The notes under the pieces were generated by a model. That model was not told where the DNA came from and ran no database searches. It was given only the letters and a program-made list of their open reading frames with translations. Positions 11,133-20,467 of a stretch of DNA of 57,635 bases are shown here, piece after piece (position 1 is the first letter of the stretch; each line of letters starts with the position of its first letter). The stretch lies in assembly GCA_050633305.1 (NCBI GenBank), contig JBOEGF010000065.1:1-57635 (forward strand), in the 5' to 3' direction. A program made the position numbers and the translations under genes. Source of the stretch: Nannocystales bacterium (lineage in GTDB: Bacteria; Myxococcota_A; Polyangia; Nannocystales; Nannocystaceae).

Positions 11133-11351
11133 GGCCCCTGTGCTTTCCGCCAAGAGCTCAGCGGGCCTCCAGAGCGAGTCGGGGCGGGCCCACGCTTCCC
11201 GGCTGTCGCTGCCGCAGAGCCACTGCCCCGCCGAGACTGGACTCTCTCGGCACCTGCGCCTACGTGCCGGCATCGCGAGATGCATGGTCTCGGCGAGTGC
11301 CGCGCGCGGGAATGCCCTCCGGGACCTGCACCCGCGGCACCCAAGTTGACC

Positions 11352-11561
11352 ATGATCGCGGGCAGTACTGATTTTGGGGTGGGCCGCAGCGATCTCGAAG
11401 AACTCATCGAACGTGCCAGGTCCGTGCAGATGACGCTCGCACAGGAAGAGGCCCAGCGCCGGAGCTTCGCCTACGGCAACACAAAGATTGAGAACGACCG
11501 AATCACGCGGCAGACCATCGATGAGGCCGCGGCCGCACTCGAGGGTCGTGATCGTGAGTGA
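11352..11561 (+). CDS. Small putative Fic antitoxin (VbhA-like)
   Basis: 69 aa overlapping the start of the Fic gene; NTKIEN resembles the (S/T)xxxE(G/N) inhibitory motif. Confidence 0.55.
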   Translation: MIAGSTDFGVGRSDLEELIERARSVQMTLAQEEAQRRSFAYGNTKIENDRITRQTIDEAAAALEGRDRE

Positions 11562-12208
11562 CGAGCGCTCGAGCAAGCTCGGCGACGAGGCCCCGTTCAT
11601 CGAGCCGGACGAAGAGGCCCGGGCAAAGCTTGAAGCTGAGAACGGTCTTCGCCAGTACGACCGCCTCGTCGAGCTGATCGACGCTGGTCTCGGGAGGCGA
11701 TTTCGGCTGCGCCCATCCCAGATGATGGAGCTGAACCGCATTGCGGTCGCCGGCCTCATTTCGCATCCGGGCGCCCTGCGTCACGGTGAAATCAGCATCT
11801 CCGGTACTGACCACGTGCCTCCTGCTCCCACAGAAGTCGCGGAGTTCGTCGACGAGATGTGCGACTACGTGAACGACAACTGGGAGACGCAGAGCTCGCT
11901 CCATCTCGCCTCGTACGTCATGTGACGGCGGGGCTGGGTCCACCCGTTCGAGGATGGAAACGGCCGGACCTCGCGAGCCCTCTCCTACCTCGTCCTCTGC
12001 GTTCGCACCGGCTTCCCGGATCTCCGACGATCCCAGACCGCATCGCTGCATCGCTGGCAATAAGTTCCCGTACTACGACGCCCTCGACGCTGCAGACGCC
12101 GCATGGAAAGCCGACGCCACCGTCGACGTCTCGAAGATGGAAGAGCTGCTTGGTGCTCACCTCGCCGCCCAGCTCTTGGAAGTCTTCAATACGGCGAAGG
12201 GCGAGTGA
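11554..12208 (+). pseudogene. Fic-domain protein, disrupted
   Basis: In-frame TGA at 11923 (YVM*), then HPFEDGNGRTSR in the same frame; C-terminus lies in another frame after ~12015. Confidence 0.85.
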
Positions 12209-12363
12209 GCCCGGAGGCCGTCGGACACACCGGCCTGAGCGCTGAGGCTGCCGTGGAAGCCGAGTCGGTCGACGTTGTGGCCCTCACCGTGGGAGCTCAA
12301 GCGCCGTCTCCCTGGCACGCCGCTGGCGAGTCCAGGAACAAGCGCCGCCTCCTGGCCGGGGAC

Positions 12364-13032
12364 TCAGGTTTTTACGTTGACCGAGCCGTGCATGCAGAAG
12401 CGGCGGTTGCACGCCTGCAGCGGTCGGGCGTTGGGCAGGTCTTGGTCGGCAAGCTGGGCCTTGGTCGCGGTCATCGGACTGTCGAGGAGAATGAACGTGA
12501 CGTTTTCGCTGTAGGGCGGGGTCGTCAGTGATCCGCGGTAGCGCGTTGCACCGAGCTCGCTTGGCAGGATCGCCTCACGCAGCACACGGACGGCCTTGGT
12601 GTCGTTCTCGACCGCGACCGTCATTGGAGCGTAGGGCTCGCGGCCGGACTTGATGAATACGCCGACGACAGCGATGCGGCACCAGTCGAGCTTGCCTTGG
12701 AGCGCGAAGGCCACGTCGTCGCGGTGCACGTGCACGATGTGAACCTCCGAGGGGTAGGCCGACTTCTTCTTCCCTACGATGTGCTCTGCCGGGAAGTGCC
12801 AGTGCAGATCGACCGGCACATAGCGCTCGCCATCCATCGCGAGGTGTCCGCTTTTCTTGCCCGGCTTCGCGCTGAGCTTCCGCGCCGGGGTGTACCCGTC
12901 GCATTTGGGCGAGAGCACCAGCGACTCCCAGTTGATGCTCACTTCGATGTTCGCTTCATGAGTCCGCTCGACCGCGATGGGAGACTGTTGGGTTCCGAGG
13001 TTGGGAAGAGAATGCGTGGCAGTCATTTGCAC
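12364..13032 (-). CDS. Alpha-class carbonic anhydrase
   Basis: QSPI, LHWHFPAEH, EVHIVH, RYRGSLTTPPYSENV, NARPLQ motifs. Confidence 0.85.
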   Translation of the reverse strand: MQMTATHSLPNLGTQQSPIAVERTHEANIEVSINWESLVLSPKCDGYTPARKLSAKPGKKSGHLAMDGERYVPVDLHWHFPAEHIVGKKKSAYPSEVHIVHVHRDDVAFALQGKLDWCRIAVVGVFIKSGREPYAPMTVAVENDTKAVRVLREAILPSELGATRYRGSLTTPPYSENVTFILLDSPMTATKAQLADQDLPNARPLQACNRRFCMHGSVNVKT

Positions 13033-13136
13033 GGCAACGCTACGGCACTCCCCAAACCCATGGAAGCGCCAACACCTGCACCTCCGCCCGCTTTTCTTTC
13101 GCCGGCCCCCAACCCGCGCACTACGTTCCGCCCCGG

Positions 13137-14033
13137 ATGCCGTCGCAGCTTCACGAGGTGCTGGTCGCCATGGTCCGCGAGAGCGAAACCCTGCCGCGCA
13201 GCATCGCCGAATGGGCGACCGGCGAGCCCATGCCCGCGCACCTCCAACTCCGCACCCGAGACCAAAGCTACAGCGATATCCAACCCCCCGAGTACCGGGC
13301 CGACCTCGTGGTCGAGTTCGTCCCCAAGGGCTCCGAGCGGCCCACGAGGATGATGATCTTCGAGGTGCAGCTCACTCGCGACTCGGACAAGCGCCGAACC
13401 TGGCCGGCCTACCAAGCCGTCCTCCGCGCGCAGTACCGCTGCCCCGCGATGGTCGTTGTACTCGCACCGGACCCCGCGGTCGCACGCTGGTGCGCCGAGC
13501 CCATCGACCTCGACGGTCGGGGCACATCCATCATGCGCCCTACCGTCATTGGACCATCGCGGGTTCCCGTCGTCACCGACCTGACCGAAGCGTTCCGGAC
13601 GCCGGGGCTGACCGCGCTGTCCGTCATCGCCCACGGACGTACCGAGCACGCGCTCGAGGTCGGCCGCGCGGGGCTACGAGCCGCAGAGGCTCTCGACGCG
13701 TCCGATTCTGAGCTGTACACTGACATGGTCTTTCACCACCTAGACGCGGCCGCGCGCAAAGCCCTGGAGCACGAAGTGGCATTGAAGCTGAAGAACAAGT
13801 ACGAGTACCAAAGCTCCACCTTCCGTCGCTTGATCGCAGCGGGGAAGGCCCTCGGGCAAGCGGAGGGCAAGGACGGCAAGCTTCAGGCGCTGGAGCTGCT
13901 GCTCGAGTCGCGTGGATTCCATCTCGACGCAGCGTTCCGGCAGAGGCTGGCGGACAGCGACGTTGACGAACTCGACGGGCTCGCCGTCCGTGCCGTTTTG
14001 ATCGCGACGCTAGACGAGTTCTTTGATAGCTGA
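13137..14033 (+). CDS. Rpn-like PD-(D/E)XK-fold protein, copy 1
   Basis: EYRADLVV...IFEVQL nuclease-like motif; C-terminal G-x-x-E-G helix region; close paralog at 16635. Confidence 0.7.
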   Translation: MPSQLHEVLVAMVRESETLPRSIAEWATGEPMPAHLQLRTRDQSYSDIQPPEYRADLVVEFVPKGSERPTRMMIFEVQLTRDSDKRRTWPAYQAVLRAQYRCPAMVVVLAPDPAVARWCAEPIDLDGRGTSIMRPTVIGPSRVPVVTDLTEAFRTPGLTALSVIAHGRTEHALEVGRAGLRAAEALDASDSELYTDMVFHHLDAAARKALEHEVALKLKNKYEYQSSTFRRLIAAGKALGQAEGKDGKLQALELLLESRGFHLDAAFRQRLADSDVDELDGLAVRAVLIATLDEFFDS

Positions 14034-14153
14034 CGCCCCCGGCGTGCCGTTCAGTCTCCGAGGGCAGCACCAACGCCCATGACTCCTCGCCGTGTCGCAC
14101 GGTGGGGAACGCGGGCGGTCCGCGAGTCGGCCCGGGCGTCCCCGGTCTTGGTC

Positions 14154-15317
14154 TCACGGCGAAAACCGAGGCGAGCGGGCGTCCCCGACCATGAGTGCTC
14201 TGCCCTCGAGGTCGACAACCCGAACCGCAGGACCGCCTTGCTCTGCACTCGTCTCGTACGCGAGCACCGCCTGCCGATTTGACCATCGCGCACGATCGAT
14301 GACGACGCAGTCCCCGAGGGTTTCCCCGTCGACGACCAACCTCGACCCGTCCTCTTCACAAGCCTCGGTCATTGCCCAATGCGCACCGTCGTGCGACCAG
14401 CCGACCCACCCTGCCTCCCCGGTGGACGCGTATACGGTGCGAGTGTCGCCCTGCGCCGTTGCTTCCCAAAGCGTTCGATCGGCGTCCAGAACCCAGAGCT
14501 CGTCGGTGCCAGGGCGCCAGTCCATCTCGACAGCATCGATGTCGAGTTCAAGCCCATCGATCCGCAGCGTCGCACCCACAGCGACGGCGAGGACGCCGTT
14601 TGCGGCGAGGCGCGGCAGCCGAACGAGCGCTGGCATGGCCGGAAGCAGCACTGTCGGCGCAGCGTCGACATCGAGCCTCAACACCTCGAGAGTGCCCGGC
14701 TCCGGCTCGTGCACCACGGCGAGGGAAGGAGAGTCGACCGCCCACCGAATCGCTGCAATCGATCCGGGTGACTCGAAGAACCCAGTGCGGGACCAGGGCG
14801 AACTCCGCTCCGCCTCGAAGTCGAAGATCGAGACGAACTGCCCAGGCTCCGCGCAGTCCATCTCCACCACTGCGACCCGGGATGTGCTGGTATCTACGTC
14901 CATGACGCTGGGCGGCGCGCAGTGACTGCTCGCGATAAATTGTCCCTGAGCCGCTCCGAGCTCGAGGTCGAATCCGCCGAACCCATTGGTGTATTGATGG
15001 GCGATGCTCGCTCCCCGGAGCGTCCAGCGCCACGAGGGGTTTGCCGAGGAGGCGATCTCCGGCCAGGTTTCTCTTGTGCCTTCTGGGAGCGCCACCGTGC
15101 CAAAAGTGCCGAGACGTTCGAAGAACCCAACCCGGTCTTCATCCCAAGGCAGTGGTTCGGCCACGCTTGGACTGCACCCAAGCGACACGAGCGCCAGCCC
15201 GCTCCAAAGACCACGGGGCACGAGGTCAGCGTAGCAGGTCGCAAGAAGACCGAGAACGCGCCGACCTCGTCCGCTGCGGATCGGAGGTTGGCGCCGCATG
15301 GTCGCAGTTGAAGGCAC
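14154..15317 (-). CDS. Lipoprotein with TolB-like beta-propeller features
   Basis: Lipobox VSLGC; WSHDG / WRPGT / PRFSP propeller-type motifs; true start probably downstream of 15317. Confidence 0.55.
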   Translation of the reverse strand: MPSTATMRRQPPIRSGRGRRVLGLLATCYADLVPRGLWSGLALVSLGCSPSVAEPLPWDEDRVGFFERLGTFGTVALPEGTRETWPEIASSANPSWRWTLRGASIAHQYTNGFGGFDLELGAAQGQFIASSHCAPPSVMDVDTSTSRVAVVEMDCAEPGQFVSIFDFEAERSSPWSRTGFFESPGSIAAIRWAVDSPSLAVVHEPEPGTLEVLRLDVDAAPTVLLPAMPALVRLPRLAANGVLAVAVGATLRIDGLELDIDAVEMDWRPGTDELWVLDADRTLWEATAQGDTRTVYASTGEAGWVGWSHDGAHWAMTEACEEDGSRLVVDGETLGDCVVIDRARWSNRQAVLAYETSAEQGGPAVRVVDLEGRALMVGDARSPRFSP

Positions 15318-16478
15318 TCACTCCCCTTGCTCAGGTACACCGACGACCCACAAGCCCGCGTCCTCACCCTGACGAACGAAGTACTCCAGGTGCGTAGCTT
15401 CGCTGATCGGCCGGCGGGGAAGTGGGGTGTGGCCCAGCCCCGCGAGGCCATCGATGTGGGGAACCACCGTCTGCCGACGGCCGGTCTGCAGGTCGATCCA
15501 CGCGAGCTCGCCGTGTCCATCGGTGGGTGCGGTGAAGCCGAGATTGTCGAGGTGCGTAAAGTGGCCAACGCCCATGCCGGGTGGGTAATCGAAGAGCGGC
15601 TGCGGATCGGAGCCTTCCAAGGGAATGCTCCACCGGGTCTTGCCATCGCATTCGGCGGTGTCGGCGAACGTGCCCACGAGGGCGTCGCCTATCGCTCTCA
15701 CCGAGCTACATCGATAGCCGGGAACGGGAAAGTCGACGAGGAGTCGGCCCTGTGGGATGTCCCAAACGCGAATCCAATCGTCGGACTGTAGGGCGAACCG
15801 CGTCTCGTCGAGACGCTCCAGTCCCCTCGTTGTGTCGAGAAGTGTGGGCCGGGCAAACGCCTCACTCCGCTCGACCAGAACGACCTCGTCCTGTGTGAGA
15901 AGAGCGGGCAGTTGCGGGTCGGAACCCCAGATGGACTCTGCGCCACGCAGGTCGAATGCCGGTCGCGGCTCGGAGGTCAGGTCATCCCACCACGCCGTCT
16001 GGGATACTCCGTCGGCGTCTGGCTCGTAGACGATGAACATGTTGAGGCCGTTGTCCGCCCCGAACACCCACATCGAATCGTTGGGTACAGGCGTGAGCGC
16101 GCCTGTGGAGAGGTTCACGACACTGTCCTCCCACAAGAGGTAGTCCGTCCGGTGTTGCTCGGGCGCAGCCGAAAGCCAGCCCCACCTGGACAGGTAATCG
16201 GTATACGCCAGAGAGTTGACCTCTTGGAACAGCGGGTCGACCTCCAAGGGGAGGTGGATCAGTCCATCGGGGTTGAGCAGGCTCCACGTGTTCTGCTCGA
16301 CGTTGCGCAGGGTGAGATGGGTGCCGAACCTGAACCATGGGTTGCAGTCGAGTCCGGACCCCAACACCTCGCCGGCTTCGCCCGTGTCGACGTCCAGCGG
16401 ACGGATGTCTCCGGTCTCGGGGTCGCAGACGAACGCTGCATCGCCTTCCAACAAACCACTGTGCTCGCCGGTCCGCAA
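15318..16478 (-). CDS. Hypothetical beta-rich protein, probably 5'-truncated
   Basis: 386-aa ORF with no signal peptide or good start; upstream sequence runs into the Rpn copy 2 leader at ~16565. Confidence 0.5.
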   Translation of the reverse strand: MRTGEHSGLLEGDAAFVCDPETGDIRPLDVDTGEAGEVLGSGLDCNPWFRFGTHLTLRNVEQNTWSLLNPDGLIHLPLEVDPLFQEVNSLAYTDYLSRWGWLSAAPEQHRTDYLLWEDSVVNLSTGALTPVPNDSMWVFGADNGLNMFIVYEPDADGVSQTAWWDDLTSEPRPAFDLRGAESIWGSDPQLPALLTQDEVVLVERSEAFARPTLLDTTRGLERLDETRFALQSDDWIRVWDIPQGRLLVDFPVPGYRCSSVRAIGDALVGTFADTAECDGKTRWSIPLEGSDPQPLFDYPPGMGVGHFTHLDNLGFTAPTDGHGELAWIDLQTGRRQTVVPHIDGLAGLGHTPLPRRPISEATHLEYFVRQGEDAGLWVVGVPEQGE

Positions 16479-16634
16479 GCGTTCGGTGCGATCGACGATT
16501 CGTCACGACGGGTTGTCGCGACCGGCCCGGCGACGTGACGGATCGTCTGGTCGAGCAACTCTCGCGACTGCACCTGAACCTCCGCCTGCTTTTCTTTCGC
16601 CGCCCCCCAACCCACGCACTACCTTCCGCCCCGG

Positions 16635-17534
16635 ATGCCGTCGCAGCTTCACGAGGTGCTCGTCGCCATGGTCCGCGAGAGCGAAGCCATGACGCGCACC
16701 ATCGCGGAATGGGCGACCGGCGAGCCCATGCCCGCGGACCTCCAACTCCGGACTCGAGATCAAAGCTACAGCGAGATCCAGCCCCCGGAGTACCGGGCCG
16801 ACCTCGTGGTCGAGTTTGTCCCCAAGGGGTCCGACAAGCCTACGCGGATGATGATCTTCGAAGTGCAGCTCACCCGCGACTTGGACAAGCGCCGAACCTG
16901 GCCCGCGTATCAAGCCGTCCTCCGCGCGCAGTATCGTTGTCCCGCGATGGTCGTCGTGCTCGCACCCGACCCGGGTGTCGCGCGCTGGTGCGCCGAGCCC
17001 ATCGACCTTGACGGTCAGGGCACGTCGGTCATGCGCCCCACGGTCATTGGACCATCCCGAGTCCCAGTGGTGACCGACCTCAGCGAAGCGGTCCGCACGC
17101 CGGGTGTGACCGCGCTCTCCGTGATCGCCCACGGCCGCTCCGAACACGCGTTCGCGGTCGGCCGCGCGGGCCTACGAGCCGCGGAGTCCCTCGACCAGCC
17201 CGATGCGACGCTGTACACTGACATGGTCTTTCACCACCTCTATGCCGCCGCGAGCAAAGCCTTGGAGTACGAAATGACACTGAAGTTGAAGAACAAGTAC
17301 GAGTACCAGAGCTCCACCTTCCGTCGCTTGATCGCCGAGGGCGAGGCGAAAGGCGAGGCGAAAGGCGAAGTGAAGGGCAAGCTCCAGTTGCTCGAGGTCC
17401 TGCTTGAGTCGCGCGGGTTTCACCTCGACGCAGACTTCCGGCAGCGGCTGGCGGACTCCGACGTTGACGAACTCGACGCGCTCGCCGTTCGTGCCGCTTC
17501 GATCGAGACGCTCGACCAGCTCTTCGATAGCTGA
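16635..17534 (+). CDS. Rpn-like PD-(D/E)XK-fold protein, copy 2
   Basis: Near-identical N-terminal domain to 13137; EGEAKGEAKGEVKG repeat; ~70-nt leader also shared. Confidence 0.7.
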   Translation: MPSQLHEVLVAMVRESEAMTRTIAEWATGEPMPADLQLRTRDQSYSEIQPPEYRADLVVEFVPKGSDKPTRMMIFEVQLTRDLDKRRTWPAYQAVLRAQYRCPAMVVVLAPDPGVARWCAEPIDLDGQGTSVMRPTVIGPSRVPVVTDLSEAVRTPGVTALSVIAHGRSEHAFAVGRAGLRAAESLDQPDATLYTDMVFHHLYAAASKALEYEMTLKLKNKYEYQSSTFRRLIAEGEAKGEAKGEVKGKLQLLEVLLESRGFHLDADFRQRLADSDVDELDALAVRAASIETLDQLFDS

Positions 17535-17587
17535 AGCTCCCCGGCTCCCTGATGGGGTCATTGCGCCTGCGCGGACACGAACCTGGT

Positions 17588-17855
17588 CATCTCGACATCA
17601 CCGCACGCAAGCCCGGATCACCAAGTGGCCCTCAAGCTGAAGAACAGTTACGAGTACCAGAGCAGCACCCTCCGTCGCTTGATCGCGGAAGGGAAAGAAC
17701 TTGGGCTGTCCGAGGAAGAGTCGAGCGTGCCGGCGCTTCGCGAGGGCTACCGTCGGATGCGGGCGGTGGAGGAAGGCAGAATCAGCGGCAAGCTTGCAAT
17801 GCGATGGCGGTTCGAGCGCTGTCGATTCAAACCCTGGACGAGTTGTTCGAGCGGG
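17588..17855 (+). pseudogene. Orphan C-terminal fragment of the Rpn-like gene
   Basis: GTG at 17625 starts MALKLKNSYEYQSSTLRRLIAEGK; the terminal AVRALSIQTLDELFE is in a shifted frame. Confidence 0.75.
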
Positions 17856-17990
17856 GAACACGAGAGGGGACCGGACTGGCGTGCACGCTAGAAACTCCCT
17901 AACCGCCTGCGCCTGGTCTTCGGCGAAGCGACAGGCGATGCGGCCATTGGGCAGCCTTTCGTAGGAACCGTGCACGGGTATTCGTCTCGC

Positions 17991-18288
17991 CCTACTTGAC
18001 CGGCTCCGGAAGGAACTTCTCCGGCCACCCATCCTGCTGCACGTAGCCGCAAGCCCCGAACCCCAGCACGACGAGCTTTCCCACAGTGCCTGACAGAGGA
18101 CCGATCACTGCACGCTCGGCTCCCCACAGCAGGTACGGGACCCTCTGTGACCACTAGCAACCCAAAGACTGCGATTGCCGGGAGCATCATGGCGACCCTT
18201 GCTCCCTCACGACTCGGCCGTGCTGGCGGGCAGCAAGTCTTCCACGCACACCAGACCCACGAGACACTTCCCCTCCGCAGGAAGGCTT
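17991..18288 (-). pseudogene. Fused remnants of genes found elsewhere in the window
   Basis: 17991-18060 matches the 3' end of the 20468 gene (CTACTTGACCGGCTCCGGAAGGA); ~18160-18288 matches ~9995-10146. Confidence 0.7.
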
Positions 18289-19625
18289 CACCACGCCACT
18301 TCCTCGAAGTCTTTGAGGAGGACGCCGTACCGCGGCCGCCCAAAAATGCCGGATGCAATCGGATGATAGAGCCGAGCCGCAGCATCCTCGGCACACAGCG
18401 GGGTTCCGAGCGGCCGGGCACCGATCACTTCACCTGACGTACCGACGGGGCCTTCATGGGACACCCATCCCGGGTCGACGCTCACCATGTAGATCCCGTC
18501 GGTCGCAAGCTCGGACGCGGACGTGGCGGTGAGCATGTTGAGGGACGCCTTGGCCATGTTGGTGTGGGGGTGGCGGGCGAGCTTGTCCTTGCGGCTGAAC
18601 TGTCCCTCCGCCGCGCTGACGTTGATCACGAATCTCTCTGAGACTGCCGCCGAGCGCATGGACTCGAGCAGCTCGGAGCAAATGAGGTAGGGGGCGATGC
18701 TGTTGACCACCTGACTCTCGAGGAACTCCCCTACCGGGACATCACCCAGGGACATCACCCAGCTGTTCTCGCGCCGCAGGTCGAGGGGGTCGCCAAATGC
18801 GTTGCGTGTGCCCACCGGAAAGAGTGTGTCCACGCTGGAAAGCAGCGCTTCCGTACGCTCGTCCACGGCTTGCGTCAGTCCAGTCTTCGCGTCCTCCCCT
18901 GCATGAAGCTCGCGGTAGTACGCCGGCGGTCGCCAGACGGTTTGGGCCGCGTTGTTGATGAGAATGTCGAAGGGGTCTCCGGCGGCAAACGAACGAACCA
19001 TCGTGAACAGCGCTCGCAGGTCGCGGAAGTCGCATCCGTGAACTGTGAGTCGATGCATCCAATCCGCGGCGTCGGGTTCGTCGCGGTAGCGCCGCATTGC
19101 ATCGTTCGGGAACCGCGAAGTGACATGCACCTCGGCGCCATCTCGAAGCAGGCGCAACGCGATCGCGAAGCCAATCTTGATGCGCCCTCCTGTGACGAGC
19201 GCCCGGCGGCCGCGGAGGTCCGCCCTCACTTTCCGGGCGTCTAGCGATGCATCGCCGCAGCTCGGACAGAGTCGGTGGTAGTACGCGTGCAGGTCGCGGA
19301 ACGGCTCGAGGCACACGTAGCACTGGCGTCGCCGATTCAGCTGAGGTGGTCCAGGGTTGGAGCCCTCGAGCCTCGTCTCTTCATTGCCTGGAGTGCCTTC
19401 TCGCTCGGCCACGATCCCGCGACCTGCAAGGCGTGAAGCGTCTGCCCGCCGCGACTCGCTGGCTCGCGCTGCTTTCCGCCTCTTCTTGGCTGTCTTCCGT
19501 AGCCGCGCCGCCGCGTTCTCCAGCTCGATGTAGGCCCGCGAGTTGGGGTCTAGCTGCCCTGCCCGCGCAAGGATGTCCTGTGCGAGCGCGAGTTCTTCGG
19601 CCGTGGGGGGAGTCACCTGCTTCAT
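18288..19625 (-). CDS. SDR-family oxidoreductase with N-terminal zinc-finger-like motif
   Basis: CYVC...LCPSC; ALVTGGRIKIG; DILINNAAQT; HPHTNMAK. Confidence 0.85.
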   Translation of the reverse strand: MKQVTPPTAEELALAQDILARAGQLDPNSRAYIELENAAARLRKTAKKRRKAARASESRRADASRLAGRGIVAEREGTPGNEETRLEGSNPGPPQLNRRRQCYVCLEPFRDLHAYYHRLCPSCGDASLDARKVRADLRGRRALVTGGRIKIGFAIALRLLRDGAEVHVTSRFPNDAMRRYRDEPDAADWMHRLTVHGCDFRDLRALFTMVRSFAAGDPFDILINNAAQTVWRPPAYYRELHAGEDAKTGLTQAVDERTEALLSSVDTLFPVGTRNAFGDPLDLRRENSWVMSLGDVPVGEFLESQVVNSIAPYLICSELLESMRSAAVSERFVINVSAAEGQFSRKDKLARHPHTNMAKASLNMLTATSASELATDGIYMVSVDPGWVSHEGPVGTSGEVIGARPLGTPLCAEDAAARLYHPIASGIFGRPRYGVLLKDFEEVAW

Positions 19626-19689
19626 GCTTGGTCTCGTCCTCAGCCCAGCGCCGGCCCAGCACTGCGTCTAGGCCAAGGAGCTGAAGCCG

Positions 19690-19762
19690 CCGTGGCGACC
19701 GGATTCGAACCGGCATCCCCTGGTTTGGCAAACCAGCGCGTCAGCCACTGCGCTACGCCACG
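19690..19762 (-). tRNA. tRNA-like gene, anticodon GCC (Gly), atypical acceptor stem, no encoded CCA
   Basis: Cloverleaf by hand: CGTGGCG/CGCCACG acceptor, 3-bp D stem, CTGGT-TTGCCAA-ACCAG anticodon arm, GCCGG-TTCGAAT-CCGGT T arm. Confidence 0.7.
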
Positions 19763-20050
19763 ACGGCCTGCAGGATCGCACAGGGGCCCACAGAGGGCGA
19801 GAGCCGACGCCCGTCCGCGTTCCGCGCCTCGAGATCAAAGCCGGTGTCTCTGACCCCCCGCGCGAAACCTGCAGTCCGGCATCGCGGAAGCAGCCCATGT
19901 ACTTCCATCCGCCGCAGTCGTTTCGCGGACTCACGGAGGTTCGACTCGTATCGAACTACCTGGCGGTCGGTGAGAGCTGTCCGCGATCCCGGCCAGGCTG
20001 ACACGTCGACGAGCTCGGCTTGGCGCTCCAGGGTCGTGAACTCCGCTTAG

Positions 20051-20407
20051 GAGGGGACCGTCGACGGTCCAGCCAACGACGACTTCGCACAGGCGGTGAC
20101 CACGGATGCGTTCGGTCGCACCATCGCGGTGTCGACCGAGACATGCTCCTTCAATGCTGGGGCCGCCCTGTTCGACGCATGCCGGCTCGTCGTCCGGAGC
20201 TACGACCGCGAGGGCCAGATGCGTTGGCAGCACCAGGCCGAGGGAACCGACCCGGAGTTCAATGGGCCGGTGCTCTTCCTGCCCGGCTTCAAGGCCGACG
20301 TGGAGGTGGACCGCTACGGATACGTGTACGTCTCCGCGCAGCACCGGCTACCGCTCGGTGGCGACGAGCGCCGAAGCGAGTGGTGGGCAGAGAAACATCA
20401 CCCGTAA
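20051..20407 (+). pseudogene. 3' remnant of a beta-propeller-like gene
   Basis: DDFAQAVTTDAFGRTIAV...RSYDREGQMRWQH...DVEVDRYGYVYV; no N-terminus. Confidence 0.45.
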
Positions 20408-20467
20408 GGCCTGAACCAAGCTCGCCAGGCATGCCCTCCTCCTGTTTTCGCGGCCGATGGCCGTCGC

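Noticed and set aside
19925..19960. Second tRNA (GGTTCGACTC T-loop-like)
   Set aside because: No acceptor, D or anticodon stems could be formed.
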